NCBI GenBank assembly: GCA_048884785.1
Contig: JBHLQM010000006.1
Coordinates: 16,038-80,037 of the forward strand
DNA: 64,000 bases
Source: Candidatus Thorarchaeota archaeon
GTDB taxonomy: Archaea; Asgardarchaeota; Thorarchaeia; Thorarchaeales; Thorarchaeaceae
Direction of reading: 5' to 3'
Shown one piece after another: positions 1-9,564 of this stretch (the first letter of the stretch is position 1; each line of letters begins with the position of its first letter). Position numbers and translations under genes: made by a program. Below the pieces are notes generated by a model. That model was given only the letters and a program-made list of their open reading frames with translations, was not told where the DNA came from and ran no database searches.

Positions 1-1790
1 TTGCGGCTTTTGCGTTTATGGCAATCTCACCGATTTTTGCCACCGCGCAAACAACAATCCCTGGGACCCTAAAGAATGGTCCCTATATTGACAAACTTGT
101 CTTTAGTGTGATTACGCAAGACGACCAGCAAGTCCTCGCTCTACAAGACGATGAGATCGACCTCATTGGTGACATGGTCGATCCAAGCTTCCTTCCAGCA
201 TTGGAAGAAGCTGAAAATATCGAAGTAGCAAACGTATTGAGAAACGGATACGGTTATGTTGTAATCAAAACCGACAAGTATCCATTCAACATCACTAACT
301 TCCGAAGAGCTCTTGCATTCGCTCTTGACAAGGAAGCTATTTCCGACGACGTCTGGGATGGTCTATCTGAGCCACAGGACAGTGTTGTACCAAAAGTCAA
401 CCCAATGTCCATTGAAGGCCAGCTGCCTTACACCTATTATGAGGCAAACATTCCACTCGGTCAGCAGCTCCTTGCTGAAGCAGGCTTCGCGAATGTTGAC
501 GATGATGATTGGCTTGAGGCACCTGACGGTTCAGACTTTGACGTCCTCGTTGAGTGTGCACAGTCATCCAACATCGCTATTGAGGTTGGAGCACTTGTAG
601 CTGATGCACTTGTTGCTCTAGGGGTACAGGCGGTATCGCAACCAACTGACTTCTATGAATACCTCAACAGATTGTACTTCCACGGAGACTTCGACATTGT
701 CTTCCTTGGTGCAAGCTTCACAAACTTCGATGTTGACTGGCTCGCATATGAGTACTGGTCTGAATATGCTGATGAACCCTACTGGAACTTCCCAAGTTGG
801 AGAAACGCTTCTTATGATGCCTGGCGAGATCAGCTCCTCCATGCTACAGAGTATGAGGATGTCTATGAGGCAGCTATCAAGATGCAGGAGATTTGGGTGC
901 ATGCTTCACCTCAGATCATCTGCTACGAGAATGTGCTTCTATCTGCATATCGGACAGACAAATTTGATGGATTCATCAACGATGTCAGTGATGGTGTGCC
1001 AGGTTGGTGGACAAACTACAAGGTTCACTTGAAGGACGCGCTTGGTGGTCCATTTGGTGGTACATTCCGCTGGAGTAATCCACTTGACCTTGACACATTC
1101 AACTTCATGGTAAGCTCATCTGCTTACACAATGAATGTTCTTAACCAGCTATACGACAGTCTGATACAGCAAGACTCGGAAGGGAATGATGTCTTGTGGC
1201 TTGCCGAATCATATGTGGCAGAGACCCATGATGACAATCCAAGTGTGCCTGATGGATACACTAGATTCACATTCCAGATGATTCAGAATGCTACCTGGAC
1301 AGATGGTAGCCCACTCACAGCAGAGGATGTTGCATTCTCATTGAACTACTTCAGAGATGCAGCAGGTAATCCATACGGTGTTGATCTCACTGAGATGACA
1401 GCGGCATACGCACCAACAACGTACACTCTGATTGTTGAGTTCTCAAGTGAATCATTCTGGCATCTGCACACTGTTGCATACAAACCAATCATTCCGAAGC
1501 ACGTGTTCCAGGATATTGGTCTTGATGGATGGAACCTCTGGAATCCCAATCCTCCAACTGAGGAAATGGTCACCTCTGGTCCATTCACTGTTTCTGACTA
1601 CGTTGCTGGTGAGTTCACTGAGCTAACCTACAATCCGGACTACTTCTTTGGTCTTGACAGGACAACTCCAACCACTCCCACAGGTCCAACTACTCCAACC
1701 ACTGACCTCACAATGGCAATCGTTGCCGGTGCAGTTGGTGCTGCAGTTGTTATCTTGGTCGGTGGCTATGTCCTTATGAGACAGAGATAA
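1..1790 (+). CDS. ABC peptide/oligopeptide substrate-binding protein (family 5), circularly permuted, C-terminal Thr/Pro linker and TM anchor; probably starts upstream of the window
   Basis: Motifs FRRALAFALDKEAI, WTDGSPLTAEDVAFS and SGPF...NPDYF; TTPTTPTGPTTPTT linker followed by a hydrophobic helix and RQR; frame is open back to the window edge (AAFAFM..., signal-peptide-like). Confidence 0.9.
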   Translation, partial: AAFAFMAISPIFATAQTTIPGTLKNGPYIDKLVFSVITQDDQQVLALQDDEIDLIGDMVDPSFLPALEEAENIEVANVLRNGYGYVVIKTDKYPFNITNFRRALAFALDKEAISDDVWDGLSEPQDSVVPKVNPMSIEGQLPYTYYEANIPLGQQLLAEAGFANVDDDDWLEAPDGSDFDVLVECAQSSNIAIEVGALVADALVALGVQAVSQPTDFYEYLNRLYFHGDFDIVFLGASFTNFDVDWLAYEYWSEYADEPYWNFPSWRNASYDAWRDQLLHATEYEDVYEAAIKMQEIWVHASPQIICYENVLLSAYRTDKFDGFINDVSDGVPGWWTNYKVHLKDALGGPFGGTFRWSNPLDLDTFNFMVSSSAYTMNVLNQLYDSLIQQDSEGNDVLWLAESYVAETHDDNPSVPDGYTRFTFQMIQNATWTDGSPLTAEDVAFSLNYFRDAAGNPYGVDLTEMTAAYAPTTYTLIVEFSSESFWHLHTVAYKPIIPKHVFQDIGLDGWNLWNPNPPTEEMVTSGPFTVSDYVAGEFTELTYNPDYFFGLDRTTPTTPTGPTTPTTDLTMAIVAGAVGAAVVILVGGYVLMRQR

Positions 1791-1799
1791 ACCAGTTCA

Positions 1800-1832
1800 A
1801 GGGGACACTGGTCCCCTCCCCCTTTCTTTTTT
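1800..1832 (+). terminator. Hairpin plus T-tract terminator after the SBP gene
   Basis: AGGGGAC-actg-GTCCCCT followed by CTTTCTTTTTT. Confidence 0.7.
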
Positions 1833-1920
1833 GATTCCATGCGGAAAGACTAAGTGGACATAGAATTTAATCTTGCAGCGTACTCTATGCTTTTAACACA
1901 CAACATATACCTCGAACTAC

Positions 1921-2799
1921 GTGAAGAGCATGGAAATACAACGAAATCAGATACTTCTAATAATTCTATCAGGACTTCCTCTCTTTCTGGGTTCAGGCTT
2001 TTCTCTTCTTGTCCTTGACTCCTCTGTTATTGGCAATCTCTTAGGAAATGCGCAGGCATACTCAGTATTCGAGTTGATTATTCAAGCCGTTATATCCACA
2101 GCCATGGGCACACTTATTGTTCTAGCTTTATTTTACACTATTCAAAGGCGTGGCAAGACTGCTAAACGATTGATGATTGCAGTTGTTGTTTCACCCATAC
2201 TATATTTCGTTTCTATTTTCTTGGGCGAATCGTTCTTGCTTATTCTCTTCAAAGGATCTGCAAATCTGTTTCAGGGATTCATTTCAATACTGTCTCTAGG
2301 AATTGCAATGCTCTCGCTGGCAATGATTTTAATGGATGCATTTCCTCCTACACTCAAGAGCGTATTTGTGGCATTTTATGGTAGCATTTTCGGTATTTTC
2401 TTGGGAATCATAATGGTCACATCTACGATGTTTGTGCTGATTATTTCTCTAATATTGGAGGATTATTTCCTCACAAGAATGTCTCCAGTAGTTGATGAGG
2501 TGGCGATGTCAGGTAGGGTTGGTGAAGATCCATTTGACTACACTCGAATAAAATCGCAATCTGTTGTTGTTGGTGTGGGGGACTATGTCGCCTTTTCTCT
2601 GCTCTCTGCTCATTCAATTGTCTATTTTCCTCTCCATGTTTCGATAATGTCTATTCTTTTGGCTCTTGCAGGGGTAATTGTCAATGTACTAGTATTGGCT
2701 CGAGAAGGAAAAATTCTCCCTGGAATTCCGCTACCTGCATTGCTTGGTATTTTTCCATGGATAGTACACATTGCATCTTTGGCAATGTTCATTATTTGA
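1921..2799 (+). CDS. Presenilin/SPP-like GxGD intramembrane aspartyl protease (A22)
   Basis: About 9 TM helices; LILEDYF (first Asp), GVGD (second Asp), C-terminal LPGIPLPAL. Confidence 0.75.
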   Translation: MKSMEIQRNQILLIILSGLPLFLGSGFSLLVLDSSVIGNLLGNAQAYSVFELIIQAVISTAMGTLIVLALFYTIQRRGKTAKRLMIAVVVSPILYFVSIFLGESFLLILFKGSANLFQGFISILSLGIAMLSLAMILMDAFPPTLKSVFVAFYGSIFGIFLGIIMVTSTMFVLIISLILEDYFLTRMSPVVDEVAMSGRVGEDPFDYTRIKSQSVVVGVGDYVAFSLLSAHSIVYFPLHVSIMSILLALAGVIVNVLVLAREGKILPGIPLPALLGIFPWIVHIASLAMFII

Positions 2800-2863
2800 A
2801 TGCGGTCATGCGTCAAGCGGAAGTAAGATATTCAGAATTCAAGGAAGATTGGAGTGATTCGCC

Positions 2864-3415
2864 ATGATTTCAGACATAAAGACCCAGAACATAATTCTTG
2901 TAGCTACACTTCTTGTAGGGCTTGTGAGTGCCGTAGGATTAGCTTCCAGTGCTTCTTGGTACAGTGGAAGCTACACAATTGTTAGATATCTCGATATCGA
3001 TTTGGTGGATGTTCGGGTGGCGAATCTCGATCTTGAGAATACAACAGTGAATCCCGCATTGTTATTTGATTTTAAGGTTGTAGCTCCATCAGCAGCAGCC
3101 GGTGAGGCTGAGTTGTCATATTTTACAATGGTAGTCCATCTGAATGGAGAAAAAATAGCCTATGCTCCATTTCGGAAATCTGTTCCATTAGATCTTCGAA
3201 CAATCTATCCTGAATACAATCAAACATACACAATTGGATCCACAATAATAGAAGATTTGGATAAACAGATTCTCTATGATGCTGCAACCAATGACGAGTG
3301 GACATTTAGTCTGACATTATATGTATTCTATGATGTCTTTCAGTCTGTCGGTGATCAAGTCAGGGTTATAGCGTATAGCTATCAGGGTGCCCCATCCGGC
3401 TGGGAAGGGATTTAA
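2864..3415 (+). CDS. Hypothetical membrane-anchored or secreted beta-rich protein
   Basis: N-terminal hydrophobic helix; GGAGTGA RBS upstream. Confidence 0.6.
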   Translation: MISDIKTQNIILVATLLVGLVSAVGLASSASWYSGSYTIVRYLDIDLVDVRVANLDLENTTVNPALLFDFKVVAPSAAAGEAELSYFTMVVHLNGEKIAYAPFRKSVPLDLRTIYPEYNQTYTIGSTIIEDLDKQILYDAATNDEWTFSLTLYVFYDVFQSVGDQVRVIAYSYQGAPSGWEGI

Positions 3416-4458
3416 TTCGATAATGCATTTTTTAGTTTGGTAATCCTTTCAACTGCCACATCATCCACTCCCTCAAGCTTTGCAAGCTCCACAGAAAGCA
3501 TATCAAGGAGAAATGTATGCGCCATCATTTCCTCAAACCCTGTTGATGCTTGGTGCCATATATGAATTGGGTTGCAATCATCATCGGTGTAAATCTCGGA
3601 TGTCGCCCTAAATCGAGCGGCTATTCTTGGATTTTCGGTTATACTCCTTAGGAAGATAGGTTGTATATTGCTTTGAGAAAACCATCCAATGCTTTCAATC
3701 TCATTATGATTAGCCTCTGGAATAAGAGAGGCAAATGATGCAGTTTTCGCATTCTCATTGATTTGGCATTTTGCTCGATATGCAACTGCTGCCAGATGTT
3801 CTGATGCCATAAAGAGTGGTATTTTTCCCTCTAGTTTATGAGCTAGTTTGAGAGGTGCGTTTTCATCTGAAACCCATTTTTTCTGCACTAATGCCAGTCT
3901 TTTTCCAACTTCAACCAAATCCGTTCTATTAATGCCAACAAGCGTTTCGATAAGAGGCAATTCTACTGACAAAATCAAAGGAAGTGCCGCTCTTGGTTGA
4001 AATCCCTTTGGCAACGTAATATAGGCATCATCGCTAACCATTTTCGGTAATTTCCCCCCTGAAGTGATTGCAAAGGTCTTGCATCCTCTATGCATTGCAT
4101 CTTCTGCTGCACTAAGAGTTTCCTCGGTATTTCCAGAATAGCTAACAGCTATTGTCGTCCAGTTCTCGTTCACATACATGGGAACGGTGTAATCCTTCAC
4201 AGAAATGATGGGCGTTGACGATTTGGAAACCAATATACACCTTATCATTTCTCCTGCAATTGATGATCCTCCCATCCCAAGAAGACAAATACCATCAATA
4301 CCCTCTCTCCTGACCTTTTCAGCATGGTTCAATGACTTTGGTTCTGGCTCAATCACCCCTAGCATATTTGGAAAATTCTCCACCATGCTGCGCATATTTT
4401 TCTTGTTTATCTTCTCAAAAACCAAATCGAGCACCAGCATAACGGTATGTGTAAGCAA
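3412..4458 (-). CDS. Bifunctional phosphoglucose/phosphomannose isomerase (true start probably somewhat downstream)
   Basis: GMGGSSIAG, SYSGNTEETL, QPRAAL, QINENAK and PEANHNEIE motifs. Confidence 0.9.
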   Translation of the reverse strand: MLTHTVMLVLDLVFEKINKKNMRSMVENFPNMLGVIEPEPKSLNHAEKVRREGIDGICLLGMGGSSIAGEMIRCILVSKSSTPIISVKDYTVPMYVNENWTTIAVSYSGNTEETLSAAEDAMHRGCKTFAITSGGKLPKMVSDDAYITLPKGFQPRAALPLILSVELPLIETLVGINRTDLVEVGKRLALVQKKWVSDENAPLKLAHKLEGKIPLFMASEHLAAVAYRAKCQINENAKTASFASLIPEANHNEIESIGWFSQSNIQPIFLRSITENPRIAARFRATSEIYTDDDCNPIHIWHQASTGFEEMMAHTFLLDMLSVELAKLEGVDDVAVERITKLKNALSN

Positions 4459-4604
4459 CTAAAGATGATTTCCGTTTTGTATTCTCTATATCTAAGGGCG
4501 AAGCAACTGGAAGATGGCTTAGATTATGGCTTTTCATAATGCAGAAAACTAATACGTTGCATATGTTTCTCTTTAACCATCAAACAGATTCTGAGGGAAT
4601 GATT

Positions 4605-5102
4605 ATGGGCCTAATGAGAAGTGCTGCAGTGAAAGGTATTATCCCGCCAGGAAATAAGGTAAGCGAACTTCGTAGCAATCTGATGCGTCTAATGACCACA
4701 ATGGCTCTTGTTATGGAAGAACGCTTTGGCAAGGAAGGACTTGCCGCTGTTTCAGAGATTTTTGGAAAGCTAGGAGAAGAGGATGCAAAGACTCTCAAAG
4801 AGCGATTGGGTCTTGGGGATGGTCTTAAAGATGCTCTTGATGCATGGTTGGTCATTGGTCATGTTATGGGATCTAAGATGGACACAACATGGATCTCCAA
4901 TAATCGAGTAGAAACCGATCATCCTTTCTGTCCACAATATGAGGTCTTTAAGGAAAAGGGAACCCTGTATTGTGAATCCGTCTGTTGGCCTTATGTAGAG
5001 GCAGTTGCAGTTGGAGTAGCCAAAGGGGCGAAGATGGAGGTTGTGCGTCCTGCAAATCAGCAGAATGCCTGTAGAAAAGCGATTCTCTTGACTAGGGATT
5101 GA
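4605..5102 (+). CDS. ATC-hydrolase/V4R-like small Cys-containing protein
   Basis: ERFG..., FCP...C..VC...C pattern; start chosen at MGLMRS. Confidence 0.55.
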   Translation: MGLMRSAAVKGIIPPGNKVSELRSNLMRLMTTMALVMEERFGKEGLAAVSEIFGKLGEEDAKTLKERLGLGDGLKDALDAWLVIGHVMGSKMDTTWISNNRVETDHPFCPQYEVFKEKGTLYCESVCWPYVEAVAVGVAKGAKMEVVRPANQQNACRKAILLTRD

Positions 5103-5194
5103 CAAAAGTGAACTATATTGCCTATTCTACTCGTAGGTGTGAGGAAATTCTTGACACTACCCTTAAGTGCAAGCTATAATCAAAAATGATGTGA

Positions 5195-5893
5195 TTGAGA
5201 AAGATGTTGAGGGCCATAATATTTGATTTGGATGGGACTATAACTCAGTTGGAATTGCCTTTAGAGCTAATGAGGTCTGATGCCAAACAATATTATATCA
5301 GCAAAGGATTACCGGCAAACCTTTTGGAGTCCGCGGATGGGATCTCAAGTTCGACTGCAAAAGCCAAGGATTACTTTCTTTCTAATGGAGTATCACTTCA
5401 AGATTGGGATATACTACAAGAGGAACTTGACAAGTTGATGTCACAACATGAAACAAGTTCTGCTCAGTCTGTTAACCTCATGGATAGAGCTCTGGAAACT
5501 GTAAGTGAGGTACGATCCCTTGGAATCAAAACTGCAGTACTCACAAATAACAGCAGAGATGCCATGGACATTATTCTACGTCAAGTTCCGCTCGAGCAAT
5601 ACTTTGAGATTATTCAAACTCGACACGAGTCGCCCTCTCCCAAACCCTATCCTGATGGTTTAATTCATCTGGCTCAACTACTTAGCGTAGATGTATCAGA
5701 AGCTGTCTATGTCGGAGATGCTGTTATTGATGGTGTTGCTGCAGCACGTGCCGGAATGGAATTCTGGGGTGTTACAACGGGCGAAACAAACTGCCAAAAA
5801 CTACTCTCAGTAGGCGCATCAGTTGTTGTTTCATCAATATATGACATTAAAGACCTTGTTTTGGAAAGAATCAAGAATATCAGGTACGCGTGA
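5195..5893 (+). CDS. HAD-superfamily hydrolase (phosphoglycolate phosphatase-like)
   Basis: FDLDGT, LTNN, KPYPD and YVGDAVID motifs. Confidence 0.88.
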   Translation: MRKMLRAIIFDLDGTITQLELPLELMRSDAKQYYISKGLPANLLESADGISSSTAKAKDYFLSNGVSLQDWDILQEELDKLMSQHETSSAQSVNLMDRALETVSEVRSLGIKTAVLTNNSRDAMDIILRQVPLEQYFEIIQTRHESPSPKPYPDGLIHLAQLLSVDVSEAVYVGDAVIDGVAAARAGMEFWGVTTGETNCQKLLSVGASVVVSSIYDIKDLVLERIKNIRYA

Positions 5894-6147
5894 CCGAATG
5901 TTAAGTTTCTAGATTAAAAGAAGGTCTATTATATTATTCAGGTATTATATCTCTGAGTTTGCGTATTTCATTGCCGCTCTTTCGGAAGATGGCATTTACA
6001 TAAAAGGCTGAAATTGGATATTTCAGAGACTAACCTCTACAAGCTAATAGCTTGAATTCCTTTATATTCTCACAGGAAAATAGATGCATACACCCCGGAA
6101 GACTGCTTTTCGAGAGTGAAAACAAGCAATCAGGATACACGCCTAAG

Positions 6148-6534
6148 ATGATAGATGAGGGCACGCTATTAATACTACGTTCGGCAAGTGGAGCTTTCTC
6201 TTGCAAAACGCCTCCAATCCCAAAGATGTGGAATCCAACAGATCGTCCTCATGTCGCTCATCTCGTAAGTCTTGATTTCTCTGTTTTCCACGTTTTTCTG
6301 TCAACTCCAATTCGAAGGCATGGCACGGCGATTTATGACTTAGAAGTGGCTGATTTGAGCCATCTCCCATCAAAATCAATTATCGAGATACGGCATGATA
6401 GCATTGAATTCAGTTACTATAGAAGAGATGAAAACACTTGGGTTAAGGTGGCCGAATCCAGCAGTCCATTTATGGTTGAGGTTTTCTCTCATGGCACAGC
6501 TCCCATCATTATAGACGCATCAGCAGAATATTAG
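6148..6534 (+). CDS. Hypothetical protein
   Basis: ORF (track start 6052; ATG at 6148 is more plausible); no recognisable motif. Confidence 0.45.
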   Translation: MIDEGTLLILRSASGAFSCKTPPIPKMWNPTDRPHVAHLVSLDFSVFHVFLSTPIRRHGTAIYDLEVADLSHLPSKSIIEIRHDSIEFSYYRRDENTWVKVAESSSPFMVEVFSHGTAPIIIDASAEY

Positions 6535-6547
6535 TCAATGAGAGTTT

Positions 6548-6665
6548 GAAGGTGCATGGAGCGTCTCAAAAAGAAAGGCTGTTTTAGTTGCTTGCTTGAG
6601 GAGGAGAGGATGTGTGCACGATTGTGCGATCAGGGTTTCAGGAATTTTAGACGCTCCTGCACTTC
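6548..6665 (-). ncRNA. Candidate stem-closed small RNA A (about 118 nt)
   Basis: Minus strand: TTTATAT box at 6695-6689, 24 nt upstream of GAAGTGCAGGAGCGTCT, which pairs with AGACGCTCCATGCACCTTC at the 3' end (17 bp, two single-nt bulges); C/U-rich loop. Confidence 0.55.
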
Positions 6666-6895
6666 TTTAGAGCATCAAGAGAGTATTGATATAAACTTTG
6701 TGATATTCTCAATACATAATCGTATTTATTGAATATTTCGCAATTTTTGTCGATATCATAGGGCGTTGCATCTTATCTTATACTCCAAATAGAGGGCATT
6801 CAACAAAAATAGTTGAAATTTTCGCAGCAATATATCTAGTAAACTTATTCTCACACGAGATTTTATTATATACAGAATTAGGTATAGTACAACCC

Positions 6896-6976
6896 AGAGA
6901 GGCTTGGGGGTCATTCTCTCTCGCCAAAAGATCATTCTCTCTCCTCCTTCCAGCGTTGGGCTCCCAGCCACTCTCT
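6896..6976 (+). ncRNA. Candidate stem-closed small RNA B (about 81 nt)
   Basis: TTATATA at 6866-6872, 24 nt upstream of AGAGAGGCTTGGGGGTC, which pairs with GGCTCCCAGCCACTCTCT; TCATTCTCTCTC occurs twice inside. Confidence 0.5.
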
Positions 6977-7072
6977 TTCTCATTCTTATAAAATGGCTGA
7001 TTGTACCCTGATCAAAATGCCACTGGCTAGGAACACATTATACTTATATAATATTATAACATAATATTATAT

Positions 7073-7161
7073 GTGCGGGGCTCACACCGCTACATATCTC
7101 TCTCAAACCATCTGTTTGCTCACAGCAACCTACCGCTGTTTTTACGTGGGCCCCATTGCAC
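7073..7161 (+). ncRNA. Candidate stem-closed small RNA C (about 89 nt)
   Basis: TTATATA at 7044-7050, 23 nt upstream of GTGCGGGGCTCAC, which pairs with GTGGGCCCC-ATT-GCAC; loop contains CTCTCTC. Confidence 0.5.
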
Positions 7162-7221
7162 CCCAATCTTCAGCAGTGAGTACTAAGTAAACATTAAAAG
7201 GAACACAAAGAACCGCAAGGC

Positions 7222-7698
7222 TTGGAGAGAGCAATCTTGTCAGTTGCAAAAAAAGCGGTTGATAGTACCCTTCGGAAACTAGCAATCTATACTTTGGAGA
7301 TCACAGCATCGATTATTCTGCTAATACTCATTTGTTTGCCCCTCGTATTTACCGTACCAATGTGGATTCAAAGAGTCGCATTTGGCACTGCGCCTGCAGA
7401 TTTGATAGTCAATCCTGTTTCCTGGTTCGGATATACTGGTGCCTTTTTGATAACTATTGGACTAGCAATCATCAGTCTGATCCTTGGATATCCATATATC
7501 ATGAGGCTATTACCCGGTGCCGAGAAGGCGGAGTTTGAAAAGCCAACGATTGATGAGGTTACAGAAGAAATGGAGGAAACCGAGGACATCGATGAAAACG
7601 AGATTCCTGAAGCCTATGATGAAGATGAAACAGCTGACGAGATTATTGATGAAACTGAAACAGAGTTTTCCGATGAAGATTCAGATATTGATGAATAG
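7222..7698 (+). CDS. Hypothetical membrane protein (2 TM) with acidic C-terminal tail
   Basis: Two hydrophobic segments followed by a D/E-rich tail. Confidence 0.65.
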   Translation: MERAILSVAKKAVDSTLRKLAIYTLEITASIILLILICLPLVFTVPMWIQRVAFGTAPADLIVNPVSWFGYTGAFLITIGLAIISLILGYPYIMRLLPGAEKAEFEKPTIDEVTEEMEETEDIDENEIPEAYDEDETADEIIDETETEFSDEDSDIDE

Positions 7699-7736
7699 AA
7701 CAATGAAATAATGGATAGTCATTGGTTTTGATATGA

Positions 7737-8561
7737 CTATCCTGTTTCATCTGTTTCCAGTCCTATTTTGGACATTAGTTTATGCACCACGGCTTCAAAG
7801 GCATTGGCAGTTTTCGAGTCTGGATCAGTAATGACAAATGGCGTGCCGGAGTCACTTAATTTAGATACCCTTGGGTCAATTGGCAATGTCCCCAAATAGC
7901 TAATGTTATACTCAGCAGCGGCGTTCTTTGCAGCACCTTCGCCATAGATCTTGTGAGTTTCTCCACAGTTGGGGCATACAAATTCAGCCATGTTCTCAAT
8001 TATTCCAAGAATTGGAACACCCATCCTGGACACTAGCTGTATGGCCCTGCGAGCATCAAGCACGGCCACTTCCTGAGGTGTTGACACTATGACAACTCCT
8101 GATATATCAGGTATGGATTGAAGGATGCTAAGTATTTCATCCCCAGTTCCTGGTGGAAGGTCCACTACGAGCACATCAAGATGATTCCAATTCACATCAG
8201 AAAGAAATTGATTAATTGCTCGTGCAACCAAGGGTCCTCTCCATGCCACTGCATCATCATTATCCCTTAGAAGGAATCCCATGCTCATCACTTTAATATC
8301 AAGGGGCCCGATGATTGGCTGTATTTTATTGTCCTGAATTTGTGGATGCTGCCCCTCGAGCCCCAATAGCTTCGGAACATTAGGACCGTAGATATCAACA
8401 TCAAGTATGCCCGACTTCATCTTTTTCTTTGCAAACGAAATTGCCAAATTAGTTGCAACAGTTGTTTTGCCTACACCGCCCTTTCCTGAGAGAACAACTA
8501 TTTTGTGTCTGATGTTTTTCATTGCTTCAGTTATTACAGGGGAAATCTGCACCTTTGACAT
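7737..8561 (-). CDS. mrp: Mrp/Nbp35 (ApbC) Fe-S cluster carrier ATPase
   Basis: SGKGGVGKTT, DVDIYGPN, WRGP, DLPPGTGDE and ENM...CPNC motifs. Confidence 0.93.
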   Translation of the reverse strand: MSKVQISPVITEAMKNIRHKIVVLSGKGGVGKTTVATNLAISFAKKKMKSGILDVDIYGPNVPKLLGLEGQHPQIQDNKIQPIIGPLDIKVMSMGFLLRDNDDAVAWRGPLVARAINQFLSDVNWNHLDVLVVDLPPGTGDEILSILQSIPDISGVVIVSTPQEVAVLDARRAIQLVSRMGVPILGIIENMAEFVCPNCGETHKIYGEGAAKNAAAEYNISYLGTLPIDPRVSKLSDSGTPFVITDPDSKTANAFEAVVHKLMSKIGLETDETG

Positions 8562-8635
8562 TACTTTCGCCGTGAGCTGTTCTCATCAATAATCCATAAA
8601 AATTGTTAGATATATCTAAGATTTGATCCTACTAC

Positions 8636-9445
8636 TCACCTTAGAAATTCAGATAGTAGGGTTCTTGCAAAAGATTCATCCTTGGCAGCGATGAAACTCA
8701 TTCTCTTGTTCAAGTCAAAGGATTGACGGAATCTGCTCCCTGTTATATCCAAAACAAACCCACCTGCCTCAGACACAATATGGGTTCCTGAAACATGTAC
8801 GATTGGCAGGATATCTCTTAAATCAACCATCGCGTCTAGGGCACCTCTTGCAGTCCAGCATAAATCAAGAAGATTACTACCTGTCCTCCTCATATCGTAT
8901 ACTGATTGTAGTGTCTGCAGGGTTTGCCTACCAAATTCCTTCATGAGTGGTTTTTTTGTGTCATAAGATATTATTAGCTTGGATCGAGATTCCGAAAGTT
9001 TGGGAGAGATACGTTTCCCATTCATTTTGGCCCCTTCACCAGCAACTGCTTGATATGTTTCTTTAGTGAACAGAGAGTCAATGATGCTTATTTCGACATC
9101 ATCCGTCGTCATAGTTTCTGAAAAAGGGACTGCAGAAATACCAATACTGCATAATGGGATTCCTCTCTCCAGGTTTGTAGAGCCATCGATTGGATCGATA
9201 ACGATTAGGTATTCCGGAGGTTTTTCTGACTCTATCAATCCTTTCTCTTCAGTTAATATTTGATAGGTCACATCTGATTCAAGTAGAATTTCCACAGCAT
9301 TGTCTTCGGCGGTTTGGTCAAGCAGTAATGTTGCATCACCGAATGGGTTCTCATTTCCGGTCACTAGCGTCGCTGATTCGATGTTTTCCAAAACAGTCTT
9401 TTTTGCGATTTCAACCGCTTTCTTCAAATCATGCATTACTGTCAT
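8636..9445 (-). CDS. Inositol monophosphatase / FBPase (FIG family)
   Basis: TEEKG, IDPIDGSTN and EAGG motifs. Confidence 0.88.
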   Translation of the reverse strand: MTVMHDLKKAVEIAKKTVLENIESATLVTGNENPFGDATLLLDQTAEDNAVEILLESDVTYQILTEEKGLIESEKPPEYLIVIDPIDGSTNLERGIPLCSIGISAVPFSETMTTDDVEISIIDSLFTKETYQAVAGEGAKMNGKRISPKLSESRSKLIISYDTKKPLMKEFGRQTLQTLQSVYDMRRTGSNLLDLCWTARGALDAMVDLRDILPIVHVSGTHIVSEAGGFVLDITGSRFRQSFDLNKRMSFIAAKDESFARTLLSEFLR

Positions 9446-9564
9446 GATGAAACCACAAAATAAGAGAAAAATTGGTGCTCTATAATCCTATCCATAGACT
9501 TACAAATGTTTAATTGCACGAGAATCTGATTCTTCAGTGTAACGGCGAAACTGGTGCATAAAAA

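Noticed and set aside
6756-6983. 75-aa minus-strand ORF
   Set aside because: Runs through AT-rich promoter DNA and is antisense to RNA candidate B; no protein-like features
7071-7190. 39-codon leaderless ORF (MCGAHT...) over small RNA candidate C
   Set aside because: No recognisable motif, and sibling elements A and B have no equivalent ORF; the terminal stem favours an RNA, although coding is not excluded
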